NCBI GenBank assembly: GCA_964036045.1
Contig: OZ038379.1
Coordinates: 13,454,001-13,518,000 of the forward strand
DNA length: 64,000 bases
DNA from: Eutreptiella sp. 'Long Island Sound 2002'
Lineage: Eukaryota; Protista; Euglenida
Direction of reading: 5' to 3'
Both the position numbers and the translations under genes were made by a program. Below the pieces are notes generated by a model. That model did not search any database, was not told the origin of the DNA, and saw only the letters and a list, made by a program, of their open reading frames with translations. This document shows positions 1 to 9,908 of this stretch, one piece after another. The first letter of the stretch is position 1; the number at the start of each line of letters is the position of its first letter.

Positions 1-8
1 ATATTGAT

Positions 9-138
9 CTGTAGTTCCGTAGGAATGGAAGTTCCGCCCGGAGTGCGTGTGTGTGTGCCCGATTGACTCCACTGGGGGCGTCTCCCTCCCTGTTGCAGAT
101 AAGTTTTTCTGTGACTGAGGTGCACTGCTCTAGTGCCA
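9..138 (+). repeat. Split direct repeat A1
   Basis: CTGTAGTTC..CTCTAGTGCCA matches 4685-4812 with 2 substitutions and one GT-unit indel. Confidence 0.95.
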
Positions 139-1442
139 TGTCTGATCTGCAAAACGCTTCTGGTAGATCATCGTCTGCAACAGCGCGGGTGGGGCGCGGG
201 GGCCGCCGGTCGAAAGGCCCAAAGCGCCCGGCTGCTCCACAGGAGTGGGAGTGGGAAAAGCTGGTTGCGGACGACAAGCAGACCCTAGATACCGCTTGGT
301 GCATGCTCCTGGACACGCTAGGCCTGGCTGAGGACGTACCAGTAGAAAGCCGCACGCCTGTCCTGGACTGCGGCTTCACTTGCTGGAACTCTTCGTTGAC
401 GCTGACGACTACACGCTGCGCGGTGTTGTTTCGGCGCCTGCTGGGCGTGCCCATGGTCAGCTCGGAGTTCGTGACGTACAGGGACGCGTTTCTGTTCGCC
501 CTCTCGGTGCACTGGGACGTCGACGTCGCCAAATACGACCTGACCCCCGAGCAGTCCCAGGCAGCTTTCGCTTTCGTGGACCTGCTGGCGGCAGAGCTCA
601 CATACGGGCGTGCTGGGCTCACCTCTGGGGAGGAGGCCACGGCGGGGCGGGCGTCAGCTCCAGCGCCGGGGAATCCTGCGGACGCCGACGACCCCTCTGA
701 AGGAGAACGTCCCGGCCACGCGGATGGCGAGCTTGAGGAGCCCGACAAGTATGCGATGACCAAGCAAAATATCCGGGCTGTACGGAAACAAGCTGGGGCG
801 TCGCGCTGGGCAATCAGACTGGGGCGACTGCTTGAGAACATCATCATGGACACTGACGACCGCGAAAGTAACGGCGCTGGCATGGACGTCGACGGCTGGC
901 GGAGCCAAGCAGCCACGGAGCCAGCGAACGGAGGAGGCAAGCTCGAAGTCGCGATGGAGGTGTGGTCTGTGCTGCTCCGCACGGAGGAAGGGGCACAAAA
1001 GCTTCTCAAGGACAAGCACCGCGAGGCAAAAGCCCGCCGCAAGCGCAAGGCCAAGCGGGCGGAAAAGCGCGAGCGCAAGGCCAAAGACAAAGGGCGTGGG
1101 GGCGCGAAAGGCAAAAGGTCGTATTCTTCCTCGGAGTCCTCGTCGGCATCCTCGGACTTCTCCGATAGCTCCTCCGACGACGGTGGGCGCGCGGCGCGCA
1201 AGTCATCCAGCTCATCGGCGTCACCGGACTACCAGAAGGTGTTTGAAAGCACACAGCACGCCCCTGGGGCGCCGGCTTTCGTGTGGATCAAAGGGGAGCC
1301 ACACTTCAGGAGTCGAAACTCAGGGGACCTGGTGAACTGCGCGCGACAGCCAAAAACCCCCTGCCGAATCTGCGGCCACTGCCACTGGTACTGGCAGGGG
1401 GGGGCATACAGCTGCCGCGGGCAGTACGCGAAAAAGCACTGA
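138..1442 (+). CDS. Gag-like ORF1 of the YR retrotransposon
   Basis: ATG lies at the end of repeat A1. The ORF has a basic/Ser-rich region and a C-terminal Cys/His knuckle-like motif (CRICGHCHWYWQGGAYSC), and ends in TGA at 1440-1442. Confidence 0.75.
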   Translation: MSDLQNASGRSSSATARVGRGGRRSKGPKRPAAPQEWEWEKLVADDKQTLDTAWCMLLDTLGLAEDVPVESRTPVLDCGFTCWNSSLTLTTTRCAVLFRRLLGVPMVSSEFVTYRDAFLFALSVHWDVDVAKYDLTPEQSQAAFAFVDLLAAELTYGRAGLTSGEEATAGRASAPAPGNPADADDPSEGERPGHADGELEEPDKYAMTKQNIRAVRKQAGASRWAIRLGRLLENIIMDTDDRESNGAGMDVDGWRSQAATEPANGGGKLEVAMEVWSVLLRTEEGAQKLLKDKHREAKARRKRKAKRAEKRERKAKDKGRGGAKGKRSYSSSESSSASSDFSDSSSDDGGRAARKSSSSSASPDYQKVFESTQHAPGAPAFVWIKGEPHFRSRNSGDLVNCARQPKTPCRICGHCHWYWQGGAYSCRGQYAKKH

Positions 1443-2750
1443 CTCGGCGATGGGCGGAGGGGCTCTGACTCGGACTCCCCGATCCGCCCCCGCTGCCCTC
1501 GTCCAGAGGGCCCTGCCGCGCATCCGACCGACGGACAGTCAACGCCCTGCGGGTGTGGGGTTGGCGGCGCTGCCGGGGCAGTTGTTGCAAGTGATCGAGG
1601 AATCGGCGTACGGACTGCAGATGCCATCGCCCTCTCGGAGGCCATCACACGGTACCGGGGGGCGGCCGCTGCCGACTTCGCCACCACCTACGACAGCACA
1701 GCTCTCTACGGATTCGCGAAAGACACAGGAGACAGCTATGGAGATGCGCTGCGACGCCTCGCCGTCACCGTCAGGCGACAGCCGGGTGCCAGCGCCCGGG
1801 AATGCCTGCAAGACCACATGCTTGGCCTCATCCGCACCACGGAATCGGACAGTGGCCCCCGAAAACTTCTCGCAGCGGTCAGGGTACTGGAGAAGTTCAA
1901 GTGGATCCAGCCCATCGTCTGCCCAATGGACTGGAAACTGGTCGAAGCCGTCGCCTCTTTCCATGAAAAGCGCCGGGGAGCCTCGTACAAATTCTGGGCG
2001 TCCATGCGAGCGTTCCGCAGCCTCTGCGAGCTCGCCTCCGCACCACACGAATGGGAAGTGGTGGCGCTGGCGGCGCTCAGCATCGCATTTGGCCTCCGGG
2101 CAAAGGAAGCCGTCACCGCTTACTATGATGGATCCACCGTCCGCTGGCAAGGGGCAAAGGGGCGCAGTGGACCCTGCGAAGAGGTGCCAGGCCCCTGGAC
2201 AGCCTTGTGGGCGCAGCGCCTCTGGGACCTCCGTGCGCGCCACGGTTACCACCCAGAGCGCCCGGCATGGCACAGTACTCGGCAGAGCCTGCACAAAGCT
2301 CTCAAAGACCTCGTCAATCGCCCGAACTCGGGCTGCTCGCTACTCCGCTGGCATGGCTAGCGGCGCTTCGGGAGCGCGCAGCTCCGCTGCTTGGGCGCCC
2401 CCACGGACACGCAATTGCGCTGGGGGGGCTGGGCGACGCCGGCAATGCTCCGCATTTACGCGTACCCCACGCACACGTGGGAGTTCGTTCGTGGGGGGCC
2501 GCTCATCGTCCCCTCACAACAGGCGGAGACACTTGGTTGGCAGGAGCAGATGGGAACCACGTATCAGATCTGGTCACCATGGGTCCGGGCCGACCTCACC
2601 CGGGCGCAATCGGCCCCACCCCGCCCAACGCTACAGGGTCCTCCACGACCCGACGGGGAGGTTACGAGCACACCACCGATGCGGAAAAAGCGAGTTCGTA
2701 CAACATCGAGCGGCACAGCAGGAGCACACGGAGCTGCGACCGCAAATTGA
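1443..2750 (+). pseudogene. Tyrosine recombinase ORF, in frame with gag, with one internal nonsense codon
   Basis: Catalytic motifs FGLRAKE (R), HG*RR (HxxR; TAG at 2358-2360, probably from TGG), RWGGW and LRIYA (Y). The frame is otherwise open from 1443 to 2750. Confidence 0.85.
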
Positions 2751-4536
2751 GTTGCTGGCGCGCAAAGTGTCGAGCCTGGACGGTATACGTTGGGGGCGCC
2801 GGGAGATGGTCCGCACGGCGCTCGTTGACATGTACTTGGCGCTGCTAAACATCGATGGAGGTGCGGCGGCAGCTCCTCTTTTCCGAGATGTTCTAGAAGG
2901 CATAGCGGAAAGTGGCCTGTGCCGTCCAGACGACATGCTTTACGACGACAGTACTCCGCTGCCACCAAAGAACCAGTCCCAGAAGGTGCCCGAGCAGGTG
3001 GCAGCCAAGGGCTTGGGCCCAGCAGGACGCGTCAGCCTCGCGCGCAGCCTCTGGCGGAAATGTGTCCCGCGGGGGCTTCGGGCGATCTACCGTCGGTGTA
3101 CCAAATCCTTCTCCTGCCGGGGGGCGGCACGCCACTCCAGCGCGACAGCCCCCCTTTCTCACATGTTTGAATCGGTTCACGCTGTCACGTGTGGCGCTAA
3201 GCCCACGTCGGCCCCTGTTTCTGCCAGCGCCTTTCTTAGACCTAAGTCTTCCGACAAGTGCAGGCTGCTCCTCAATGCCACTGCCATAAACGCTTATGAT
3301 GAGCGTCCTCCTCCCAGGGTCAAGCTCCCTGCCCTCTCTGCTATCATGTCTCGCTTCCAGCACAGGCCCCTTGGGCCACTGTACATGTGTAAATTGGACT
3401 TGACCAATGCCTATTGGAGTATCATACTCCCAAGACGGTGGCGCCGCACATTTGTAGTTCAGGCAGGCCAGCGTCGGTGGCGCTTTACGCGCCTGCCATT
3501 TGGCTGGAAGTATTCTCCAGCAATCTTCTCCAGCAGCCTCGTTTCTGGGATTGTGGCGCGTGCACTGCGCGGCACAAATGTTGACTGGGATGTCTACCTT
3601 GACGACATCCTCATCACCGCCACTAGTCCGGCGGCAGCCCGGGCAGGGGTGCAGCGTGTGGCTGCGGCTCTCCGTGATGCGGGGTTTATAATTAGCCCCA
3701 AAAGCGAGCTGGAGCCTTCAACCTGCATCACCTTCCTCGGCAAGCGGCTGGACTCTGTTAGGCGCTCTGTTTCCAACAGCGTGGACATGCTCAAGGCCAC
3801 GCTGCGTTTGTGGCTGCAAGGGGTCGGCACGGGGCGCATGCCAGCGAGAGAGATGGCCCGCTTCCTGGGGCGATTACAGTGGGTCTTCAGACCAATGGGG
3901 GGGGCATCTGTTTTCCTGGCGGGGGCCTATAATGCCATGCACCACCGCTCCCCATTTTTCAGCCGCACGCTGATCCGTGCCACTGGTACGGCTCTGCTCC
4001 TCTCCTTCCCGTCTCACGGTCTCAGTGACCCATCACATGTGCGTGTACATACTTTCTTCTCAGACGCAGCGCCCTGCGGACGGCGTTTCAGAATCGGGGT
4101 CGTTGGTTCCCCAGGTTTTTACAGATCCTACGTCTGTCCCCGCTGGGTCCGCAGCCTGCAGCAGGCAGAGCTATATGGCGTATATGGAGCTCTAAAAGCT
4201 GCAGTAGGCTGCCGGTTGCGTTCTGTGGCTGTGGGTATCGACAATGAGGCGGTCCGAGTCCAGTCCGCCTCCCTACGGGCGTCCACTGACTGCCCTGTAC
4301 AGCTGCGTCTGTTGCGACGCATCTTCTGGCTGCGGGCGTGGAGTGGCCTGCAACTGTCTGTTTTTCGAGTGCCTTCAGCGGTGAACCCCGCTGACCCTCT
4401 GAGCCGGAAGCATGAAATGCTTTCCCGGGCCTCCATGCTGAGCCTCTGCGAGCAGCGTCGGGTGGCCTGGGGGGAGTCAGACCTGCCGTTTGACCGCCTA
4501 CGACAGTCCGTCCCCACTCCCAGGGTGGCTCCATGA
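1450..4536 (+). CDS. Reverse transcriptase / RNase H ORF, overlapping the YR frame
   Basis: RT motifs KLDLTNAYWSI, RLPFGWKYSPAIF, VYLDDILI and ITFLGK. RNase H motifs FFSDAAP, QQAELYG, IDNEAV and NPADPLSR. The true start is uncertain. Confidence 0.9.
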   Translation: MGGGALTRTPRSAPAALVQRALPRIRPTDSQRPAGVGLAALPGQLLQVIEESAYGLQMPSPSRRPSHGTGGRPLPTSPPPTTAQLSTDSRKTQETAMEMRCDASPSPSGDSRVPAPGNACKTTCLASSAPRNRTVAPENFSQRSGYWRSSSGSSPSSAQWTGNWSKPSPLSMKSAGEPRTNSGRPCERSAASASSPPHHTNGKWWRWRRSASHLASGQRKPSPLTMMDPPSAGKGQRGAVDPAKRCQAPGQPCGRSASGTSVRATVTTQSARHGTVLGRACTKLSKTSSIARTRAARYSAGMASGASGARSSAAWAPPRTRNCAGGAGRRRQCSAFTRTPRTRGSSFVGGRSSSPHNRRRHLVGRSRWEPRIRSGHHGSGPTSPGRNRPHPAQRYRVLHDPTGRLRAHHRCGKSEFVQHRAAQQEHTELRPQIELLARKVSSLDGIRWGRREMVRTALVDMYLALLNIDGGAAAAPLFRDVLEGIAESGLCRPDDMLYDDSTPLPPKNQSQKVPEQVAAKGLGPAGRVSLARSLWRKCVPRGLRAIYRRCTKSFSCRGAARHSSATAPLSHMFESVHAVTCGAKPTSAPVSASAFLRPKSSDKCRLLLNATAINAYDERPPPRVKLPALSAIMSRFQHRPLGPLYMCKLDLTNAYWSIILPRRWRRTFVVQAGQRRWRFTRLPFGWKYSPAIFSSSLVSGIVARALRGTNVDWDVYLDDILITATSPAAARAGVQRVAAALRDAGFIISPKSELEPSTCITFLGKRLDSVRRSVSNSVDMLKATLRLWLQGVGTGRMPAREMARFLGRLQWVFRPMGGASVFLAGAYNAMHHRSPFFSRTLIRATGTALLLSFPSHGLSDPSHVRVHTFFSDAAPCGRRFRIGVVGSPGFYRSYVCPRWVRSLQQAELYGVYGALKAAVGCRLRSVAVGIDNEAVRVQSASLRASTDCPVQLRLLRRIFWLRAWSGLQLSVFRVPSAVNPADPLSRKHEMLSRASMLSLCEQRRVAWGESDLPFDRLRQSVPTPRVAP

Positions 4537-4571
4537 GAGCAGGTGCAAGGCTCGCATTCGCTCGCGGGCCT

Positions 4572-4686
4572 CTGTGAGTAGCACCGAAGAAGCAATGTGT
4601 TTTGGATGGAGAGTGTCTTACAGTGGAGGGTGCACATGCTTGTCTCCTGCTTTGATGCGCGGCGCACACACACGCACGGGGGAACT
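4572..4686 (+). repeat. Split direct repeat B1
   Basis: CTGTGAGTAGCACC..GGGGGAACT, identical by eye to 4899-5013. Confidence 0.95.
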
Positions 4687-4812
4687 GTAGTTCAGTAGGA
4701 ATGGAAGTTCCGCCCGGAGTGCGTGTGTGTGCCCGATTGACTCCACTGGGGGCGTCTCCCTCCCTGTTGTAGATAAGTTTTTCTGTGACTGAGGTGCACT
4801 GCTCTAGTGCCA
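4685..4812 (+). repeat. Split direct repeat A2
   Basis: Copy of 9-138; abuts B1, sharing CT. Confidence 0.95.
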
Positions 4813-4898
4813 CCCGCCCAACCCGCCCTCTATTACCGTGACCTTCTCACGGGTATGCGTTCCAGTCGAACTGTCCTCTGGAGCCTGTGCTCCAGTGA

Positions 4899-5013
4899 CT
4901 GTGAGTAGCACCGAAGAAGCAATGTGTTTTGGATGGAGAGTGTCTTACAGTGGAGGGTGCACATGCTTGTCTCCTGCTTTGATGCGCGGCGCACACACAC
5001 GCACGGGGGAACT
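4899..5013 (+). repeat. Split direct repeat B2 (element 3' end)
   Basis: Copy of B1. Confidence 0.95.
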
Positions 5014-5127
5014 CTCCCCACCATGGGGACCCCGAGAAGGCAGCGGTGATGTAGCCATATTGATCTGAGGGAATTGAGCAGCTGTTTGCTCAGTTGTGGC
5101 ATTCGGGCTTAATTCGGAACATTTGGT

Positions 5128-5424
5128 GTGGTGGTCCCAACGAGGTGCATCAATCAGTGCACATTTTGTTACTTTACCCAATTTTGCATCCGGGAGCAGG
5201 TCCTTTTCCCTCCGTATGGACCGTGGGAACTTGTTCCCCCTCATGTTTGGAAGAGCACCAAAGCAACCGTTGAGGATGCCACGCAAGATGATGTTGGAGA
5301 TGAGGTTGATATATGTGCATTGTGCAGTCAAAAGCACACTACAACAAAATGTGGTGAATGTAATTTGAATTATTGTGTGGAATGTATTGACCCGCACACC
5401 TGTGGGGCCAAGACTGTTTATTGA
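5128..5424 (+). pseudogene. Cys-rich zinc-finger relic, resembling the piggyBac C-terminal CRD or a B-box
   Basis: CALC-x8-CGEC-x4-CVEC-x3-H pattern at the ORF end; no catalytic domain is visible. Confidence 0.3.
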
Positions 5425-6779
5425 ACAGTCTTGCTTGTCCAATTTGAGTGAACAAATTTGGTGGAACAAAGTTGTGAAGGTGATCCAGATATGCTTTTCC
5501 TGATCGATGTTGTGCAGGGATGGTTTGTTGCTTCATTTGGTTGGCAAGAGGCATCTGTTGGTCTACTCGGGGGCTTCATAGGGTAATGGTGAACTTGGGG
5601 ACTCAATCTGGGAAAGTCATCATAAAAAGAGCACGCAGGGTGCGTGCGGGGCAAACACTCCCCCAATGTGTCATATACTCCTGGGAGTAGTTGCATAGAG
5701 TTGCATAGTTTCCAAGTGTAGCAGCCACTCTATCCTGCCAGGTTCTGCTATGTTGTCCTCCTGGCCAGCTTTGTACCCAACTACGAGTTCCATGGCCCTT
5801 GAGGCTCTTGCAACACCATTTGGATTTGTTGTGTGTTCGTCTTCGCTACTATCCCATGAGGTCACCACCGCTGCTTGCTGCATTTTTTGTTCAGCATTGT
5901 GTACCCTGCAACTCAGTACCTGAAGGTGTACACAAATTGACAAGTTCTAGGTCCTCAAGTGGTCCCCAGACGACAGACAGAAAACAGAACATCTGCCATC
6001 CAGACCCTTTGGGGGCGCCTTAAGCGCAGTGCGCGCGCAGTGCGCGCGCAATGCAACTATTTGGGCGTCTAGCCGTACTGGAGACCCATACTTTGTGATA
6101 CTAGGGGGCATCATTGTTGCCCCTAACGTAGGTTTTGATGCTTCTTCCACATTGGGGATATGTCATTTTTGGATTTTCACCCACTTTCACCCATTTCCGC
6201 CCCGTTTCACACTTTTTTGCTCATCCCCACCATGGACTCCCACACTTTGGTGTGGGCCCTTGAGTTGGGGTGACAGACTCCCCGGTTTTTGCTTGACCAC
6301 GGTCGAATGCCCTATGCGAGGCCGCATCACTGCTGATAAGGATGCGTGGTTGTACCACAACTAGAAACTGGAGTTTGACGTGTATTCCCTCCTACAAGCC
6401 ACTGTGCCCCACGGTCAGTTACAGTCCTGGTGGAGTGCCTACTAGAAATGAACAGATGGATATGCGACACCTTCCGAAAACAAATAAATGAACACACCAC
6501 AATAGCTGCTGAAGACCCGAATAATACCTTTAAGTGGAAGTGTGCTTCAGAGCCATTTGCTATTGTTCTCGCAAGCGCGGGGGGTTGGCACACAATCTGG
6601 GGTTTTCAAGACAGACTGGGCCAAGGGGTATGCGCCATGCATATGTGGTTTTGCACGGCCAAAGCAAAGGAAGTCTCCTGAAGAGCATGTGACACCCTTC
6701 ACAAAAGAGTGTAATCCCTGGTGTTCGCCCTTGCCTCTGAGTTCACCTGCTTTTTCAGGCCTACTGCTTTCACAAGATA

Positions 6780-7078
6780 TGTCTTTCAACGAGTTTCCCT
6801 CCGTCAGTCTGTTCCTTAAGGTGCCTGGACTCTCTGAGGAGGCCCAAAAGCTGAATCAACAGGCGTGCCATGTGGCCTACGGGGGTGATACTGAGGCTGC
6901 TCTCCAGTATGTAGAGATGGCCATCAGAACCACCAACAGTTCCCTGCCCAGAGAATTGTTGTACAACAAAGCTTTGTTGCTGCTGCGCCAACATGATCAT
7001 AAGTTGTGCCTCGAGGTGGTCAGTCAGATTTTGGTGCGATTCCCTCAGGTTTTCCCCCTTGCCGCGATGTGGGTGTGA
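6780..7078 (+). other. Possible exon or relic encoding a TPR-like helical repeat
   Basis: AALQYVEMAIRT...ELLYNKALLLLRQHDHKLCLEVVSQIL fits TPR periodicity and is preceded by pyrimidine-rich AG sites. Confidence 0.3.
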
Positions 7079-7939
7079 TGGGAATTGATGGGAGTTCCCG
7101 CCAGCACTGCCCGAAAGCTTTCTATTCTGTTTCCAGGACTGACCAAGGCTGACGTCAGCTGGAAGGGAACAGGCAACTGATGATGGAAGGTCAACCGGCG
7201 GTCCTTGGGGTTAACTTGGAGGTGGATGGCCAACCAAGGGCAGTTCTGTTGCAGACAGAAGGCCCCCGGCTGTTTTTTCTGTGCCTTGTTCAGGGCCCTC
7301 CTGACTGTAGCCCCACCATCCACCCTTTGCACATTAGTCGTCTTTCAGGATGTGCATTACCAGGTTCAGAACAAGCCCCAGAGCTGTCATTATCATTGTC
7401 TAGCACTTGTAGGGCCACTTGCTGAAATGTTTCTGTGTCGTGCTGCGGCTGCTTCATTTCTGTTCTGCAGTCCTGCTCGATATGCAATGCTACACCTGTG
7501 CTGCATGTCCAGAAAACCCCTGCACATCTGAGATCAAGGCCCATCAAGGCCCATCAAATTGATCAGCGGAATGTGCTGAACATGAAGATGTATGTGGTGG
7601 GGGCCAACGATCACTTTTTTTTTTTGAAGGGTGTAAAGTGGTGATGATTGGCCAAAATTGGCCTTCCAAACTTCGTAATCGTTGTTTCGTCATCGGGGGG
7701 GCACCCCCTTACCTCCACTACATTCATCCCTGTTCTATATTCACCATATCCAACCCTGTGCTGCCGCATGAATTGAGCCGTTTCGGACCCCCAAACCAGA
7801 ACCTCCCCTCGCTGACCAATCCTCCATTGATGCTTGGCGAACGGTGGTGGATTTCCGAAATACGAATGCGGCGACCAAGCAGGACACACATACACACTCC
7901 CAAAGGTTGAGACGGTGTCAGCTTTTGGCCCTTGCATGC

Positions 7940-8001
7940 GGCGTTTTGAGTGGTTGGTGGTTTTGGGGTTGGCGTTTTGAGTGGTTGGTGGTTTTGGGGT
8001 T
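7940..8001. repeat. 31-bp tandem duplication
   Basis: GGCGTTTTGAGTGGTTGGTGGTTTTGGGGTT x2. Confidence 0.9.
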
Positions 8002-9225
8002 CGTACTGGCGCAGTCACCCCGAAAATGAGCGCTGTGCCTATGCTGTGCCCAGGCTGTACGGAACCGCAACATAGGACTGGCATTTAGGCTGGCATTGCG
8101 TAGTGCCTGGCTGCGTGTGTTTTTGTTCGACTGTTGCCATGGCAGTTCCTGGTTGTTCTTGCCTTTGTAGGCGTGGGACCAGGTGCTGTGCCTAGCCTCC
8201 AAGGCCTGGCTGAGCGAGGGGAAGTTTGACGATGCGCTGGCCTGCTTGTGGCAGATCCATGGTGTTTACTTACAGGAATACGTCTCCTCACAGCTGATGA
8301 TCGCCGAAAGCACGGGTCAGTGCCCCTTTGCCCCCAAAACAGATATGTGAGAAATGTTGTTGCCCTTTTGGATTCGGAGCATTGGCTAATGGGCCGGCGA
8401 CAACATACTATGATTGCTGTGCTCCGTGACAGTACAGACAAAGAGAGGGTGGAGATTTGCACAGCGACTCATTTGGCGTTGGGACTTTGCTACCAGTTTG
8501 TTGACTTCACTTACACCGACAGATTGGGAAATCCAACATGTATCTCCAATCAGTGTCACCTTCTCATTGGAGATAACCCACAGCATTTTCCATGCCCAAT
8601 ACTAACAGTTCAAAGGAGGGAAACCTGAGAGTGGTTCACAAGTCATGGTGTGGAATGTGGGATGCTGTAACACCACAATCCTCCGTTGTCACACCTTCTC
8701 GGCCCTACAGACAAACTGCCAAACACACCTAGCACTGAGGGCAACATATTCAACAAGTACCGACACACCCTTCTCACTGCCATATTGCTCCCTGCATTAT
8801 AAATATGCATGTTGACCGGTGATGAGTAGCAACATGCTTTGTTGAATTGCCACCAAACAGTAGGAGAGTCTGTATGATGGGGCAAAGAAGGGACACGTCC
8901 ATGCTGTGGGCCTTTTTTGGTGAAGATGGAAGTTAGTGACAAACAGGGAAAATGCAACGATGTAAATGGCTGGTATTGTGCCCATCTAGAAACGAGGGGA
9001 AAGCATGCATGCAACTCATATAAATGCATAACAAGGCTCATTGTTACTGGTACTAGGCACTACTATGCAGCTTGGGTATGGTCCTGTACAAACTTTGTGC
9101 CTAGCATGCACACAGCGCGCACTACACCCCCCAAGCAATGGTCATCCAATCAATCTCCACTGCATTGGTGTGTGTTGTTGTGCATCTTTTCCTATATGTA
9201 TGCAACAAGAGTTTGGATTTGGTTT

Positions 9226-9513
9226 GGCCCCTTTCCGGTTGGGGATATGGACCGGCCCCTTTCCGGTTGAGGATGTGGACCAGCCCCTTTCTAGTTGGGG
9301 ATATGGACTACCCCTTTTCCACTTGGGGATGTGCACCGGCCCTTTTTCACTTGGGGATATGGATTGGCCCCTTTCCATTTGGGAATATGGACCAGCCCCT
9401 TTCCACCTGGGGATATGGAGTGGCCCCTTTCCAGTTGGGGATATGGAGTGGCCCTTTTCCGGTTGGGGATATGGAGTGGCCCCTTCCCGGTTGGGGATAT
9501 GGACCGGCCCTTT
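9226..9513. repeat. 28-bp minisatellite, about 10 copies
   Basis: Unit consensus GGCCCCTTTCCRGTTGGGGATATGGACC, head-to-tail, no spacers. Confidence 0.95.
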
Positions 9514-9908
9514 AGAAAGCATGTTCCACACTTTTTTTGATCACTCCAAGGGCAACTTTGTGCGAGTTTATAAGAGAAGCAGCCATAATGGCACGACAAG
9601 ACTGCAGTTCAGAAGAGGATGAAATTGGTGAGTCCAAGTCGAACTCTGATTGATCTTCGGCAAACAATTTGATAACAATGAGCATTCCTCCGTGTTTCCT
9701 GTTTGTGTTGCCTGGTGGTGTTTAGGTGAGGCACAATGTATGGACCCAAAAAGATGAGTTGATTACCTGTTTTCAGACATTATGACAAATGTATATGCTG
9801 AATGGGTCAGTGTGGTGCATTTTTGCAATTCCAGGTGGATATGGTTCAGTTCGGCGCGGGGGGGGGGGCTCCCCCCTGGACCCCCTCCCCCCCTCCCCTG
9901 GGCCCCCT

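Larger units (their letters stand above)
9..5013 (+). mobile_element. Tyrosine-recombinase (DIRS-order, VIPER/TATE-like) retrotransposon with split direct repeats, near-intact
   Basis: ORF order is gag-like, YR, RT/RNase H. Terminal repeats are arranged A1 (9-138), B1 (4572-4686), A2 (4685-4812), spacer, B2 (4899-5013). Confidence 0.9.

Noticed and set aside
9226-9513. CRISPR-like array (also 28227-28471 and 14694-14777)
   Set aside because: Units are head-to-tail with no unique spacers, and there are no cas genes; these are minisatellites.
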